Source of the DNA: a virus
DNA: 11,925 nt
Virus record (IMG/VR): IMGVR_UViG_3300045988_126893
Location: 1 to 11,925 of that record
Strand: one strand, 5' to 3'
Positions 1-7,182 of this stretch are shown here, in pieces. Position 1 is the stretch's first letter; each line of letters begins with the position of its first letter. Position numbers and translations under genes: made by a program. The notes beneath the pieces are model-generated. The model made no database searches. It had not been told where the DNA came from and saw nothing but the letters and a program-made list of their open reading frames with translations.

Positions 1-147
1 CACCTATGAGATTTAACAACTTGTTCACATTTTCCCCAAACGATTTAATATGCTAAAGTGCTAAATCAATAAAGTGGGACCAAACATAATTAGTTAAACA
101 ACAAAACAAAGACATAAAAATATTACACAAACAATACAAAATGTTTA

Positions 148-176
148 TTGCAAAAACCCATTGACAGATGTATAAT
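148..176 (+). promoter_or_regulatory. SigA/sigma70-type promoter inside ITR-L, firing inward
   Basis: -35 TTGCAA (148-153), a 17-nt spacer and -10 TATAAT (171-176), lying 52 nt upstream of the first ATG. Confidence 0.7.
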
Positions 177-181
177 ATTAT

Positions 182-200
182 TGTAATCATTAAGATTACA
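182..200 (+). promoter_or_regulatory. 7-bp inverted repeat at the predicted transcription start. Either an operator or a 5' mRNA stem-loop.
   Basis: TGTAATC (182-188), a 5-nt spacer and GATTACA (194-200), immediately downstream of the -10 hexamer. It is duplicated in ITR-R. Confidence 0.45.
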
Positions 201-228
201 CAACAGATATTTAAGGAGTTGTTACAAT

Positions 229-534
229 ATGAAAATTAACGGCAAGAACATCAAAGGAATAAAAAGAACTGTAGGTAGATACAACAAGATACCAGTTGAC
301 AAACGAACATCATTTAATATCTGGTATGACTGGGTAACTAGCACTGTTATGTTGATTAGAAATGATATTTTTGACCAAAGCAATATGGGAGATGAACTAA
401 TTTGCGTAAACGGGTTTATGTACAGACGTTACGACGATGTTAGCGACTGTATCAACTGTGAATACCCATATCTGGGCGCTGCAAATATATCAATGTCAAT
501 GCTACGCAGTGTTTTATCACAATACCTAGTTTAA
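229..534 (+). CDS. ITR-encoded 101-aa protein, copy L. Function unknown; basic N-terminus and one CxxC pair.
   Basis: AAGGAG at 213-218 lies 10 nt before the ATG at 229. The ORF is intact and a paralogue sits at 11392-11697 with 88 of 101 residues identical. I recognised no family motif. Confidence 0.8.
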   Translation: MKINGKNIKGIKRTVGRYNKIPVDKRTSFNIWYDWVTSTVMLIRNDIFDQSNMGDELICVNGFMYRRYDDVSDCINCEYPYLGAANISMSMLRSVLSQYLV

Positions 535-590
535 ACGTGAAATAGAATAAAAACAATATTAATTTCAGTAATCCTAAGGAGTTGATTAAA

Positions 591-773
591 ATGTACAAGT
601 ACATACTACTATTTAACGGGCGTTCAGCAGAGTTTACCGATTTACAAATCGCACTACACGTTGCGTATTTGTTGGCCGAAGTATTTGACGTGGATATAGT
701 TGAATACACTAACGACGGTACAAACGAGTACGACGAGATAAGCGGCATAACAAGTATGAAATCGAGGAGTTGA
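591..773 (+). CDS. Small acidic early protein (60 aa), function unknown
   Basis: AAGGAG at 576-581 lies 9 nt before the ATG at 591. The track start, TTG at 582, abuts the SD and is unlikely. Asp/Glu clearly outnumber Lys/Arg. The stop is TGA at 771-773. Confidence 0.65.
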   Translation: MYKYILLFNGRSAEFTDLQIALHVAYLLAEVFDVDIVEYTNDGTNEYDEISGITSMKSRS

Positions 774-781
774 GTTCGGGA

Positions 782-1360
782 ATGCCTAAACCAATAATAC
801 CTGAGAAATTTGTGCAAGGTCTATCAGACAAGGCACTAAACGCGCAAATTAAACGTTATTCAAAACGTGCTAATAGCCGCATAGAGCGACTAAAACGTGA
901 GGGACTGTGGAATAATTCCGCAAGCATTCAACGCAACTGGGAGGCAGTAACACACACTGCACCCATCGGCACCAATTCAGGACGTTTCAGTCGTTCAGTA
1001 TCAGGGACCAGAGAAACCCGAGAGGTGCAGTTAAAGCAGTTAATTCGTTTCCTGAACGCAAAAACCACTGTCAAGGACGTTAAAAACGAGATTACAACAT
1101 TCAAAACAAAGATAACCGCCTATACTGGTAACACCCCCAGTGTCGACATCGTCGGCGCAATTAATCGACTAATAGGTCGGTATATGGGCGAATTTAAACG
1201 GTTCGGAATGTCATCAGAACAAGCATACCATATCATCACAGAACTGGGATACGGCAAAGGCGAACAGGATGCCGAAGATAGCATACTGCACGCTATACAA
1301 ACTGCCCAATCGAATGATGATTTTTTCCAAAAGGTTACCGAGAACTATACATATTACTAG
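782..1360 (+). CDS. Candidate terminal (priming) protein, 192 aa
   Basis: It lies immediately upstream of the protein-primed polymerase, as phi29 gene 3 lies next to gene 2. GAGGAG at 764-769 precedes the ATG at 782; the track TTG at 770 has no spacing to the SD. The N-terminal helix KRYSKRANSRIERLKREG is Lys/Arg-rich. The C-terminal part is acidic and ends in YTYY. The call rests on position and composition only. Confidence 0.45.
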   Translation: MPKPIIPEKFVQGLSDKALNAQIKRYSKRANSRIERLKREGLWNNSASIQRNWEAVTHTAPIGTNSGRFSRSVSGTRETREVQLKQLIRFLNAKTTVKDVKNEITTFKTKITAYTGNTPSVDIVGAINRLIGRYMGEFKRFGMSSEQAYHIITELGYGKGEQDAEDSILHAIQTAQSNDDFFQKVTENYTYY

Positions 1361-1378
1361 CAGGCAACGAGGAGAGTT

Positions 1379-3547
1379 ATGGAGTACGTTACAACGTTTG
1401 ATATAAATACATTACCTAACATTGAAACAGTGCGCAAACACAATACCAGCAAATGTGCATATATCAATGCACCATTTGCGTTTGATATTGAAACAACGTC
1501 ATACATAGATAATGACGGCAATAAACGTGCGTTTATGTATGAATTTTCAATGTCGCTGAATGGGGTTCCCGTGTATGGTCGTTACTGGTATGAATTCATG
1601 GGGGTTCTGCGAAAACTGAAACAACGCTATAAATTATCGCGTAAAAAACGCCTAGTAATATATGTTCATAACCTAGCATACGAATTTCAGTTTTTGCAGG
1701 GTCGTTTTCCAGTGTCGGACGTGTTCGCCCGGGTAAATCGTCACCCTATGAAATGTGTGATTGATGACTGTTTTGAATTTAGATGTTCGTATGTTTTGTC
1801 AGGGTTATCCCTAGCAAAAACAGCAGACCAAATAACAATCCACGATATAACAAAATTGACTGGTGACCTAGACTATAAAATAATCAGAACACGCAAAACC
1901 CCCCTAACCGAACAAGAACTAGCATATTGTGAAAATGACGTACAGATTATATACTGGTTCATAAAACAGGAAATGTTACAAAATGGTAACAGTATAGCTA
2001 ATATCCCGTTGACAAAAACGGGGTATGTGCGTAGATACTGTTATGAATACATTTCAACACATACCAATTTTGAACAATACCGAACATTTATCAAACACTG
2101 CGCCCCTACAGAACCAGAATTGTTCATATTAATGCACAAATGTTTTGCAGGTGGATTTACACATGCTAACGTCCTGCACGTTGGCGAAACGTGTGAAAAC
2201 GTGGGTGCTATAGATTTTACTAGCAGTTACCCTGCGCAAATGGTTCGTCACAAATATCCTATGACAAAATTTTACAAAGTGCCCGTAAATAACCGGAAAC
2301 AGTTTGAAACACTGGTGAACGCGAAGGCGTGTTTGATTGAAATCTGTTTAAAAGGGGTTAATGCTAAAACCCCTAACCATATAATTAGTAGTTCAAAATG
2401 CCAGTACGTTGAAAACGGAATATATGACAACGGGCGTATAGTATCAGCAGATAAGGTGTACACCTATATCACAGATGTTGACTATAACGATATTTGTGAA
2501 TTTTATGAAATTGACAAAATTCACGTTGTTCAAATGTGGGTTGCTAATTATGGATATCTGCCTGATGAATTTCTGCAATGCGTTTTGACATTGTTTTCAG
2601 ATAAAACAACATTAAAAGGTGTAAAATGTAAAGAACAGGAATATTTGCTAAAAAAAGGAATGTTAAACAGTGCATACGGAATGAGCGTTACAAACCCCGT
2701 AAACAATGAATGCGAATTTGTGGAAAACGATGATGATATAGGCGGATTTTGGCAAGATGTTGAACAGGATATAAACGGCGCGTTGTTGGATAGCTACATA
2801 GGGAACAATAAACAATTTCTATTATATCAGTGGGGTGTATGGGTGACTGCGTGGGCTAGGCATGAACTGTTCAGGGGTGTTTTGAAAATGGGGATTGACG
2901 TTGTATACTGCGATACTGATAGCATAAAATACCTACACCCCGAAAAATACAAAACGTGGATTGACGATTATAACGAACGTGTATTCAATGATATGTTGAA
3001 ACGCTGTGACGAAATAGGTGTTAGCCGTGATATGGTAAACCCCGTTACAATCAGGGGTGAACATACCCCCCTAGGGGTATTTGACTATGAGAAGACCTAC
3101 AAATATTTCAAAACACTAGGCGCGAAACGTTACGCATTTTCATACAATGGTGATGATTTTAGTATAACTGTTTCAGGATTGAACAAAAAAACGGCAGTGC
3201 CGTATATAATGGAATACTGTGAAAATCATAAAATCAGCCCGTTTGATTTTTTTGATGATAATATGTATATCCCTGCAGTCTATACAGATAGTAACGGCAA
3301 TGTTAAATATCCCACGGGCAAATCAACACTGTCATATAGTAACATAGGTGATGATTTTTCTGACAAAATCACCGACTACCTAGGCGAAACTGATGTTGTT
3401 GACGAAAACAGTTATATTCACATGACAGAACAGGACTATAGTCTCAGCCTAACGGTCGCGTTTTTGGAATATATTTCTAATTCACAATACGTTGACGGGG
3501 CTATGGAATGCCCTAAACCTGATTATCTGAAAATTTTAAAAATATGA
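1379..3547 (+). CDS. Protein-primed family-B DNA polymerase (phi29 gp2-like), 722 aa
   Basis: Exonuclease motifs are FDIET (ExoI), HNLAYEF (ExoII) and YCENDV (ExoIII). Polymerase motifs are IDFTSSYPAQM (A), KKGMLNSAYG (B), YCDTDS (C, nt 2906-2923) and LGAKRY (KxY). Motifs A and C nearly match remembered phi29 DVNSLYPAQM and YCDTDS. GAGGAG lies at 1369-1374. Confidence 0.95.
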   Translation: MEYVTTFDINTLPNIETVRKHNTSKCAYINAPFAFDIETTSYIDNDGNKRAFMYEFSMSLNGVPVYGRYWYEFMGVLRKLKQRYKLSRKKRLVIYVHNLAYEFQFLQGRFPVSDVFARVNRHPMKCVIDDCFEFRCSYVLSGLSLAKTADQITIHDITKLTGDLDYKIIRTRKTPLTEQELAYCENDVQIIYWFIKQEMLQNGNSIANIPLTKTGYVRRYCYEYISTHTNFEQYRTFIKHCAPTEPELFILMHKCFAGGFTHANVLHVGETCENVGAIDFTSSYPAQMVRHKYPMTKFYKVPVNNRKQFETLVNAKACLIEICLKGVNAKTPNHIISSSKCQYVENGIYDNGRIVSADKVYTYITDVDYNDICEFYEIDKIHVVQMWVANYGYLPDEFLQCVLTLFSDKTTLKGVKCKEQEYLLKKGMLNSAYGMSVTNPVNNECEFVENDDDIGGFWQDVEQDINGALLDSYIGNNKQFLLYQWGVWVTAWARHELFRGVLKMGIDVVYCDTDSIKYLHPEKYKTWIDDYNERVFNDMLKRCDEIGVSRDMVNPVTIRGEHTPLGVFDYEKTYKYFKTLGAKRYAFSYNGDDFSITVSGLNKKTAVPYIMEYCENHKISPFDFFDDNMYIPAVYTDSNGNVKYPTGKSTLSYSNIGDDFSDKITDYLGETDVVDENSYIHMTEQDYSLSLTVAFLEYISNSQYVDGAMECPKPDYLKILKI

Positions 3548-3561
3548 AAGGAGTGGTAAAC

Positions 3562-3894
3562 ATGGGTTGTACTGGCAATTACCTAAACGCTAGTGAAATA
3601 TGTGATTACAACACGGCTATGAAACAGTTAGCCGGGGCTGTCATTATACGATTAATCAATGATATGCAACAGAAAAACTATTGCATAAATTATTCCACGG
3701 ATGTAAACTATCGTAAACGTAAATTGTTCTATAGTGCCGTGGAATATCCCCTGCGTTATCCTGAATGGCTGAATTTTTGGCTAGCTACTGCAGATATGGA
3801 TACATATGCAGATGATATAATTGCAATGGCACGTGACAAATTTAAACAGGGGTATATTGAACCCCTGCGGAAAAAAGGAGTAAAGAATGAATAA
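3562..3894 (+). CDS. Hypothetical 110-aa protein between the polymerase and the ATPase
   Basis: AAAGGAG at 3547-3553 lies 8 nt before the ATG at 3562. An alternative ATG at 3544 overlaps the polymerase stop as ATGA. I recognised no catalytic motif. Confidence 0.65.
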   Translation: MGCTGNYLNASEICDYNTAMKQLAGAVIIRLINDMQQKNYCINYSTDVNYRKRKLFYSAVEYPLRYPEWLNFWLATADMDTYADDIIAMARDKFKQGYIEPLRKKGVKNE

Positions 3895-5005
3895 AATAAT
3901 TAACAAAATAATGGGAGCCCCAGTTGATGAGTATTACAGTTTAAAACGAATACTGAAAACTAATGCTACCTATAACATTATTTTCGGTAAACGTTCAAAC
4001 GGCAAAACATTCAGCGTTGTAGAACGGGCGTTAGAACACGGGTGGAAACTAGCATACATCAGGCGGTTCGACGAGGAAATAACTAGAAAAAATCTAAATA
4101 ATTTAGTATGTGCTGACCATGATATTGCGAAACATACCCACGGCCAATGGAATAGCTATTGTTTTCAGTCCAACTGTTTCTATTTTACACTGGTTGAAAA
4201 CGGCAAAGTTATAAAAAAATCGACTGAACCATTTATACATTGTTTCGCGTTGAACACTATGGAAACCACAAAGGGTGCAGATAATGGATATTTTCCTATT
4301 ATTTTGTTTGACGAATTCATAACTAGACGTTTTTATCTGCCTAACGAATTTGTATTATTCCAAAATATCCTATCATCTATCATACGTGACAGGGACGGTA
4401 GTGAAATATATATGTTAGCAAATACAGTCAATCAGTCATGCCCGTATTTTGCTGAAATGGGATTGACAAGAATTGACAAAATGAAACAGGGTGAAATACA
4501 AATAGTTGATTATGGCGACAGCGGTTTGCGCGTTGCCGTTGAATACTGCAACGACACCACAAACACGATGAAAACTGCTAAATATTTTGCGTTCGATAAC
4601 CCACAATTAAAAATGATAACTAACGGAAAATGGGAAATTAAGGGTTACCCACATTGTCCCATTTCTGTTAACCGTGACAACATAGCGTTTGTATTTTTTG
4701 TAATTTTCGAAGAACACATAATCAGGGGAAATATAGTCAATGACAACGGACACGTTTTTGTTATGTTTAATCCACACACCAACACCAACAGAACACCAGC
4801 AGAAAACGATGTAACATATAGTTTGGACGTTTCCCCGTATCCTATGTGGTGTCAATCTATCAACGAAACACCCACGGACGCACATAAAATCATCAGGGAC
4901 CTAATAAACCGCAATAAAATGTATTTTTCTGACAATACCACGGGCGAAATAATACGAAACTGGATAAAACAACAGGCACAAATAAAACAAACGTTTCTAT
5001 CATAA
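3887..5005 (+). CDS. DNA encapsidation (packaging) ATPase, phi29 gp16-like, 372 aa
   Basis: Walker A is GKRSNGKT (nt 3986-4009) and Walker B is IILFDEF. The block ILFDEFITRRFYLPNEFVLFQNILSSIIRDRDGSEIYMLANTVNQSCPYF parallels remembered gp16 IVFDEFIREKDNSNYIPNEVSALLNLMDTVFRNRERVRCICLSNAVSVVNPYF. AAGGAG lies at 3875-3880. Confidence 0.85.
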   Translation: MNKIINKIMGAPVDEYYSLKRILKTNATYNIIFGKRSNGKTFSVVERALEHGWKLAYIRRFDEEITRKNLNNLVCADHDIAKHTHGQWNSYCFQSNCFYFTLVENGKVIKKSTEPFIHCFALNTMETTKGADNGYFPIILFDEFITRRFYLPNEFVLFQNILSSIIRDRDGSEIYMLANTVNQSCPYFAEMGLTRIDKMKQGEIQIVDYGDSGLRVAVEYCNDTTNTMKTAKYFAFDNPQLKMITNGKWEIKGYPHCPISVNRDNIAFVFFVIFEEHIIRGNIVNDNGHVFVMFNPHTNTNRTPAENDVTYSLDVSPYPMWCQSINETPTDAHKIIRDLINRNKMYFSDNTTGEIIRNWIKQQAQIKQTFLS

Positions 5006-5009
5006 TAGT

Positions 5010-5040
5010 AAACCCCTATACCAATACAGTATAGGAGTTT
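5010..5040. terminator. Hairpin in the convergent intergenic gap. Probable bidirectional terminator.
   Basis: The stem is AAAC-c-CCTATAC (5010-5021) paired with GTATAGG-a-GTTT (5029-5040), with a 7-nt loop. It lies 5 nt after the ATPase stop. The flanks are A/T-rich but there is no long T run. Confidence 0.5.
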
Positions 5041-5050
5041 ATAATATTCC

Positions 5051-5084
5051 CGTCACTGGTACACGAATTAATCAGTGCGTGACG
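5051..5084 (-). terminator. Second, weaker hairpin after the stop of the tail gene
   Basis: CGTCAC (5051-5056) pairs with GTGACG (5079-5084); an alternative pairing is CACTG with CAGTG. The loop is long and there is no U tract. Confidence 0.25.
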
Positions 5085-5094
5085 TTGATTCCCA

Positions 5095-7182
5095 TTATAC
5101 AAATACACCGCTAGTCAATAACTGTGACAGCATGGTTTTTTCTGTGTCAGTGCATTTAAACGATATTTCAGGGTTGCTAACTACAGTGAACCCCGTAAAA
5201 TCGGACAGTTTTCCAGTTTGTTCGCACGCATAACCTACCGTTCGCCCATAATTGCTAGGTACGTTTAAAACAGGTCTGTCAATAATGAAATAACAGTGTT
5301 GCGGTTGCCACGTTGCAACAGACGGGGAACTTGAACCTGATTCTTGGTAATTAGTACCAGTTGCAAAACCACTATACAATTTTTCAGCACTGCTAACCAT
5401 ACCGCCAATATTTCCACTAGCAATTGACGTTACACCACCAACAGCACCGCTAACTACATTGCCGATAATTGTACTAGCGTAATTTGCACTGTCTGTTCCC
5501 GTCATTGGAATTGATACACCTACTACACCATTTCTGTAAATAAATGGTATATCGTCTTTAAACACGATTGCCGTTCCTGCACCCGTGGTATAGTCGACTA
5601 TCATTTTTACTGAAATTCTATGCCCCATAAATTCGGCTGTGGAAACAGGCACAACGCCTATATATGGGATATATAACTGTGCTGTTGTGTATGGTTCATA
5701 ATCCAGGAAATTTTTGAATTTAGTAAAAAATGTACATTCACCCAGGTCAATTAAACTGTTTACATTTTCCGTTAATTTAATACCGTTTACCCCCGTGTTT
5801 GTTCTGCCGATTACAATTGATTCAGCATTCGTTGCAGAATTTTTTAACGCTACATTAAACGGAAATAAACGCAAATCAATAATACCGTTCATAGGATTTT
5901 CACCCATTAACGCTAACCCTTTTACAATTTCTTGAAATTTTGTTTCGTCAGCGTTCCATAAGAAATCGGCTAATTGACGAACACTGTTTGATGTTACTGC
6001 GAAACTGCGGTTAAACACGTTAACGTTTGACAGTGTGGGTTTGTTTAGGTCTATTCTATCGGTGTAGTTGTTAGGGTCTGTATTACCTATTCCATTAAAT
6101 GGGTTATTCTGCCAATCGGTGGGGTTATCCCATGTTGTTTGAATTTGTTTTGCATTTTCTGCACCCTCTGAATATTTTCCAGTGATTTTTCCATCATCTG
6201 AAATAATACCACAATATATACCATTTTGGTTTAGATTTTCCTGCTTTGCTAAATTTGTCGAAAATGTGTAATAAGTTCCCATTCTGCTATATAGTTTATG
6301 AATGTTTTCGATACTATAATCAAAAACTGGTAAATATCCCGTATACTCTTTGCTACCAATAGCAAAATATGTTTTATCCCACAAATCTGCATAGCCTAAA
6401 TTTGCATAATAATATGTTTCGGTATTAAAATAACTAGCGTATAGTTCATCACATCCATAAATAAACGTATTTAAAACAGCGTGTGACTGGTCATAATCGC
6501 CAAAATATAACGCACCATAAATATCATAATTATCCACCATAGAATTTTTTGAATATGTGCAAAACGGTATTATATTAAAACCCTGACAGCGTTGTCTGTC
6601 ACCAATCGCCGTTCTAGAATAATATGGTACCGCATATATACCTACAACATTGTATGTATCTTTGTACTGTTTTTCAAACGTATCTACGTCAACATCTAAT
6701 TTATCACCAAATGACGATACGTCGCCCATACCAGAATATTCAAATCTATACGCTACCACTCGAATCAAAAAAAGAAAATCTTTTAACTTATACTCGGTGC
6801 CGAAATAATAGCCTAACCCATCATTCGTATCACTATCATATGCCAGTCTATGAAATGTAGTCTTAGCTGGGGTAGCATATACGGGGCGATTTTGTAATGT
6901 ATCATTAGTTTTTAATCTGCCAAACATAGCACATACACCACTAGGTGTGTTAGTACCGTTTACGAATTCAGATTGATGCGGTTTCCTATACCCACTGCGG
7001 ACAAAATAATCATCAGGGGGATTAAAATCGACGGCATAAAAAATTGATTCGTCAATAGGATTATTTAACTGTAATTTACCATTATCAATTAATTCCTGCA
7101 TCGACTGCGTGGTTTTTATTCCTTTTAGATAGTCTAATGATATAGTTCTATCACTGGAATAAATTTCCTTATTTAATTTCAT
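5095..7182 (-). CDS. Tail knob / distal tube protein, C-terminal portion (phi29 gp9-like core), fused to a lineage-specific N-terminal module of about 380 aa. 695 aa in total.
   Basis: GGAGGG lies 7 nt before the ATG at 7182. Three C-terminal blocks resemble remembered gp9. EPYTTAQLYIPYIG matches MMYPYCVTEITD. The Gly-rich hydrophobic loop IIGNVVSGAVGGVTSIASGNIGGMVSS (about nt 5353-5472) matches IMGMIGGGISAGASAAGGSALGMASS. The tail TDTEKTMLSQLLTSGV matches NNNDLQEIRTIFDNGI. Residues 1-380 have no match I recognise. Confidence 0.6.
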   Translation of the reverse strand: MKLNKEIYSSDRTISLDYLKGIKTTQSMQELIDNGKLQLNNPIDESIFYAVDFNPPDDYFVRSGYRKPHQSEFVNGTNTPSGVCAMFGRLKTNDTLQNRPVYATPAKTTFHRLAYDSDTNDGLGYYFGTEYKLKDFLFLIRVVAYRFEYSGMGDVSSFGDKLDVDVDTFEKQYKDTYNVVGIYAVPYYSRTAIGDRQRCQGFNIIPFCTYSKNSMVDNYDIYGALYFGDYDQSHAVLNTFIYGCDELYASYFNTETYYYANLGYADLWDKTYFAIGSKEYTGYLPVFDYSIENIHKLYSRMGTYYTFSTNLAKQENLNQNGIYCGIISDDGKITGKYSEGAENAKQIQTTWDNPTDWQNNPFNGIGNTDPNNYTDRIDLNKPTLSNVNVFNRSFAVTSNSVRQLADFLWNADETKFQEIVKGLALMGENPMNGIIDLRLFPFNVALKNSATNAESIVIGRTNTGVNGIKLTENVNSLIDLGECTFFTKFKNFLDYEPYTTAQLYIPYIGVVPVSTAEFMGHRISVKMIVDYTTGAGTAIVFKDDIPFIYRNGVVGVSIPMTGTDSANYASTIIGNVVSGAVGGVTSIASGNIGGMVSSAEKLYSGFATGTNYQESGSSSPSVATWQPQHCYFIIDRPVLNVPSNYGRTVGYACEQTGKLSDFTGFTVVSNPEISFKCTDTEKTMLSQLLTSGVFV

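Larger units (their letters stand above)
1..534. repeat. Left inverted terminal repeat (ITR-L). The outer 265 bp are perfect and the inner 269 bp are diverged.
   Basis: I reverse-complemented 11392-11925 by hand and aligned it to 1-534. There are no mismatches in 1-265. Positions 266-534 have 19 substitutions and no indels. Similarity stops at the shared stop codon. The repeat ends coincide with the window edges. Confidence 0.95.

Noticed and set aside
161-176. TTGACA at 161-166 as the -35 element for TATAAT at 171-176
   Set aside because: The spacer would be only 4 nt. The TTGCAA at 148-153 gives the canonical 17-nt spacing. TTGACA could pair with a weak TGtAATCAT element downstream, but I did not call that.
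452-817. 121-aa ORF on the minus strand, overlapping the ITR gene, the acidic ORF and the start of the candidate TP
   Set aside because: It is antisense to three SD-preceded genes and has no SD of its own. Its composition is what an AT-rich antisense frame produces. It would also run against the only nearby promoter.
3847-3867. GC-rich hairpin CAGGGG, 9 nt, then CCCCTG near the end of the 110-aa ORF, as a terminator
   Set aside because: It lies inside coding sequence and is followed by an A run rather than a T run. The ATPase gene that follows must be expressed. It shares a 10-mer with the post-MCP hairpin, but matches of that length are expected by chance in 12 kb.
2272-4885. Minus-strand shadow ORFs inside the polymerase (2272-2463) and the ATPase (4607-4885)
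   Set aside because: They are short, lie entirely within well-supported genes on the opposite strand, and have no SD or promoter.
7169-7182. Programmed frameshift or sequencing error fusing the two tail-knob ORFs
   Set aside because: The downstream ORF has its own GGAGGG SD and ATG, and I see no slippery heptamer in the overlap. I therefore treat it as a true split, but raw-read inspection is still advised.
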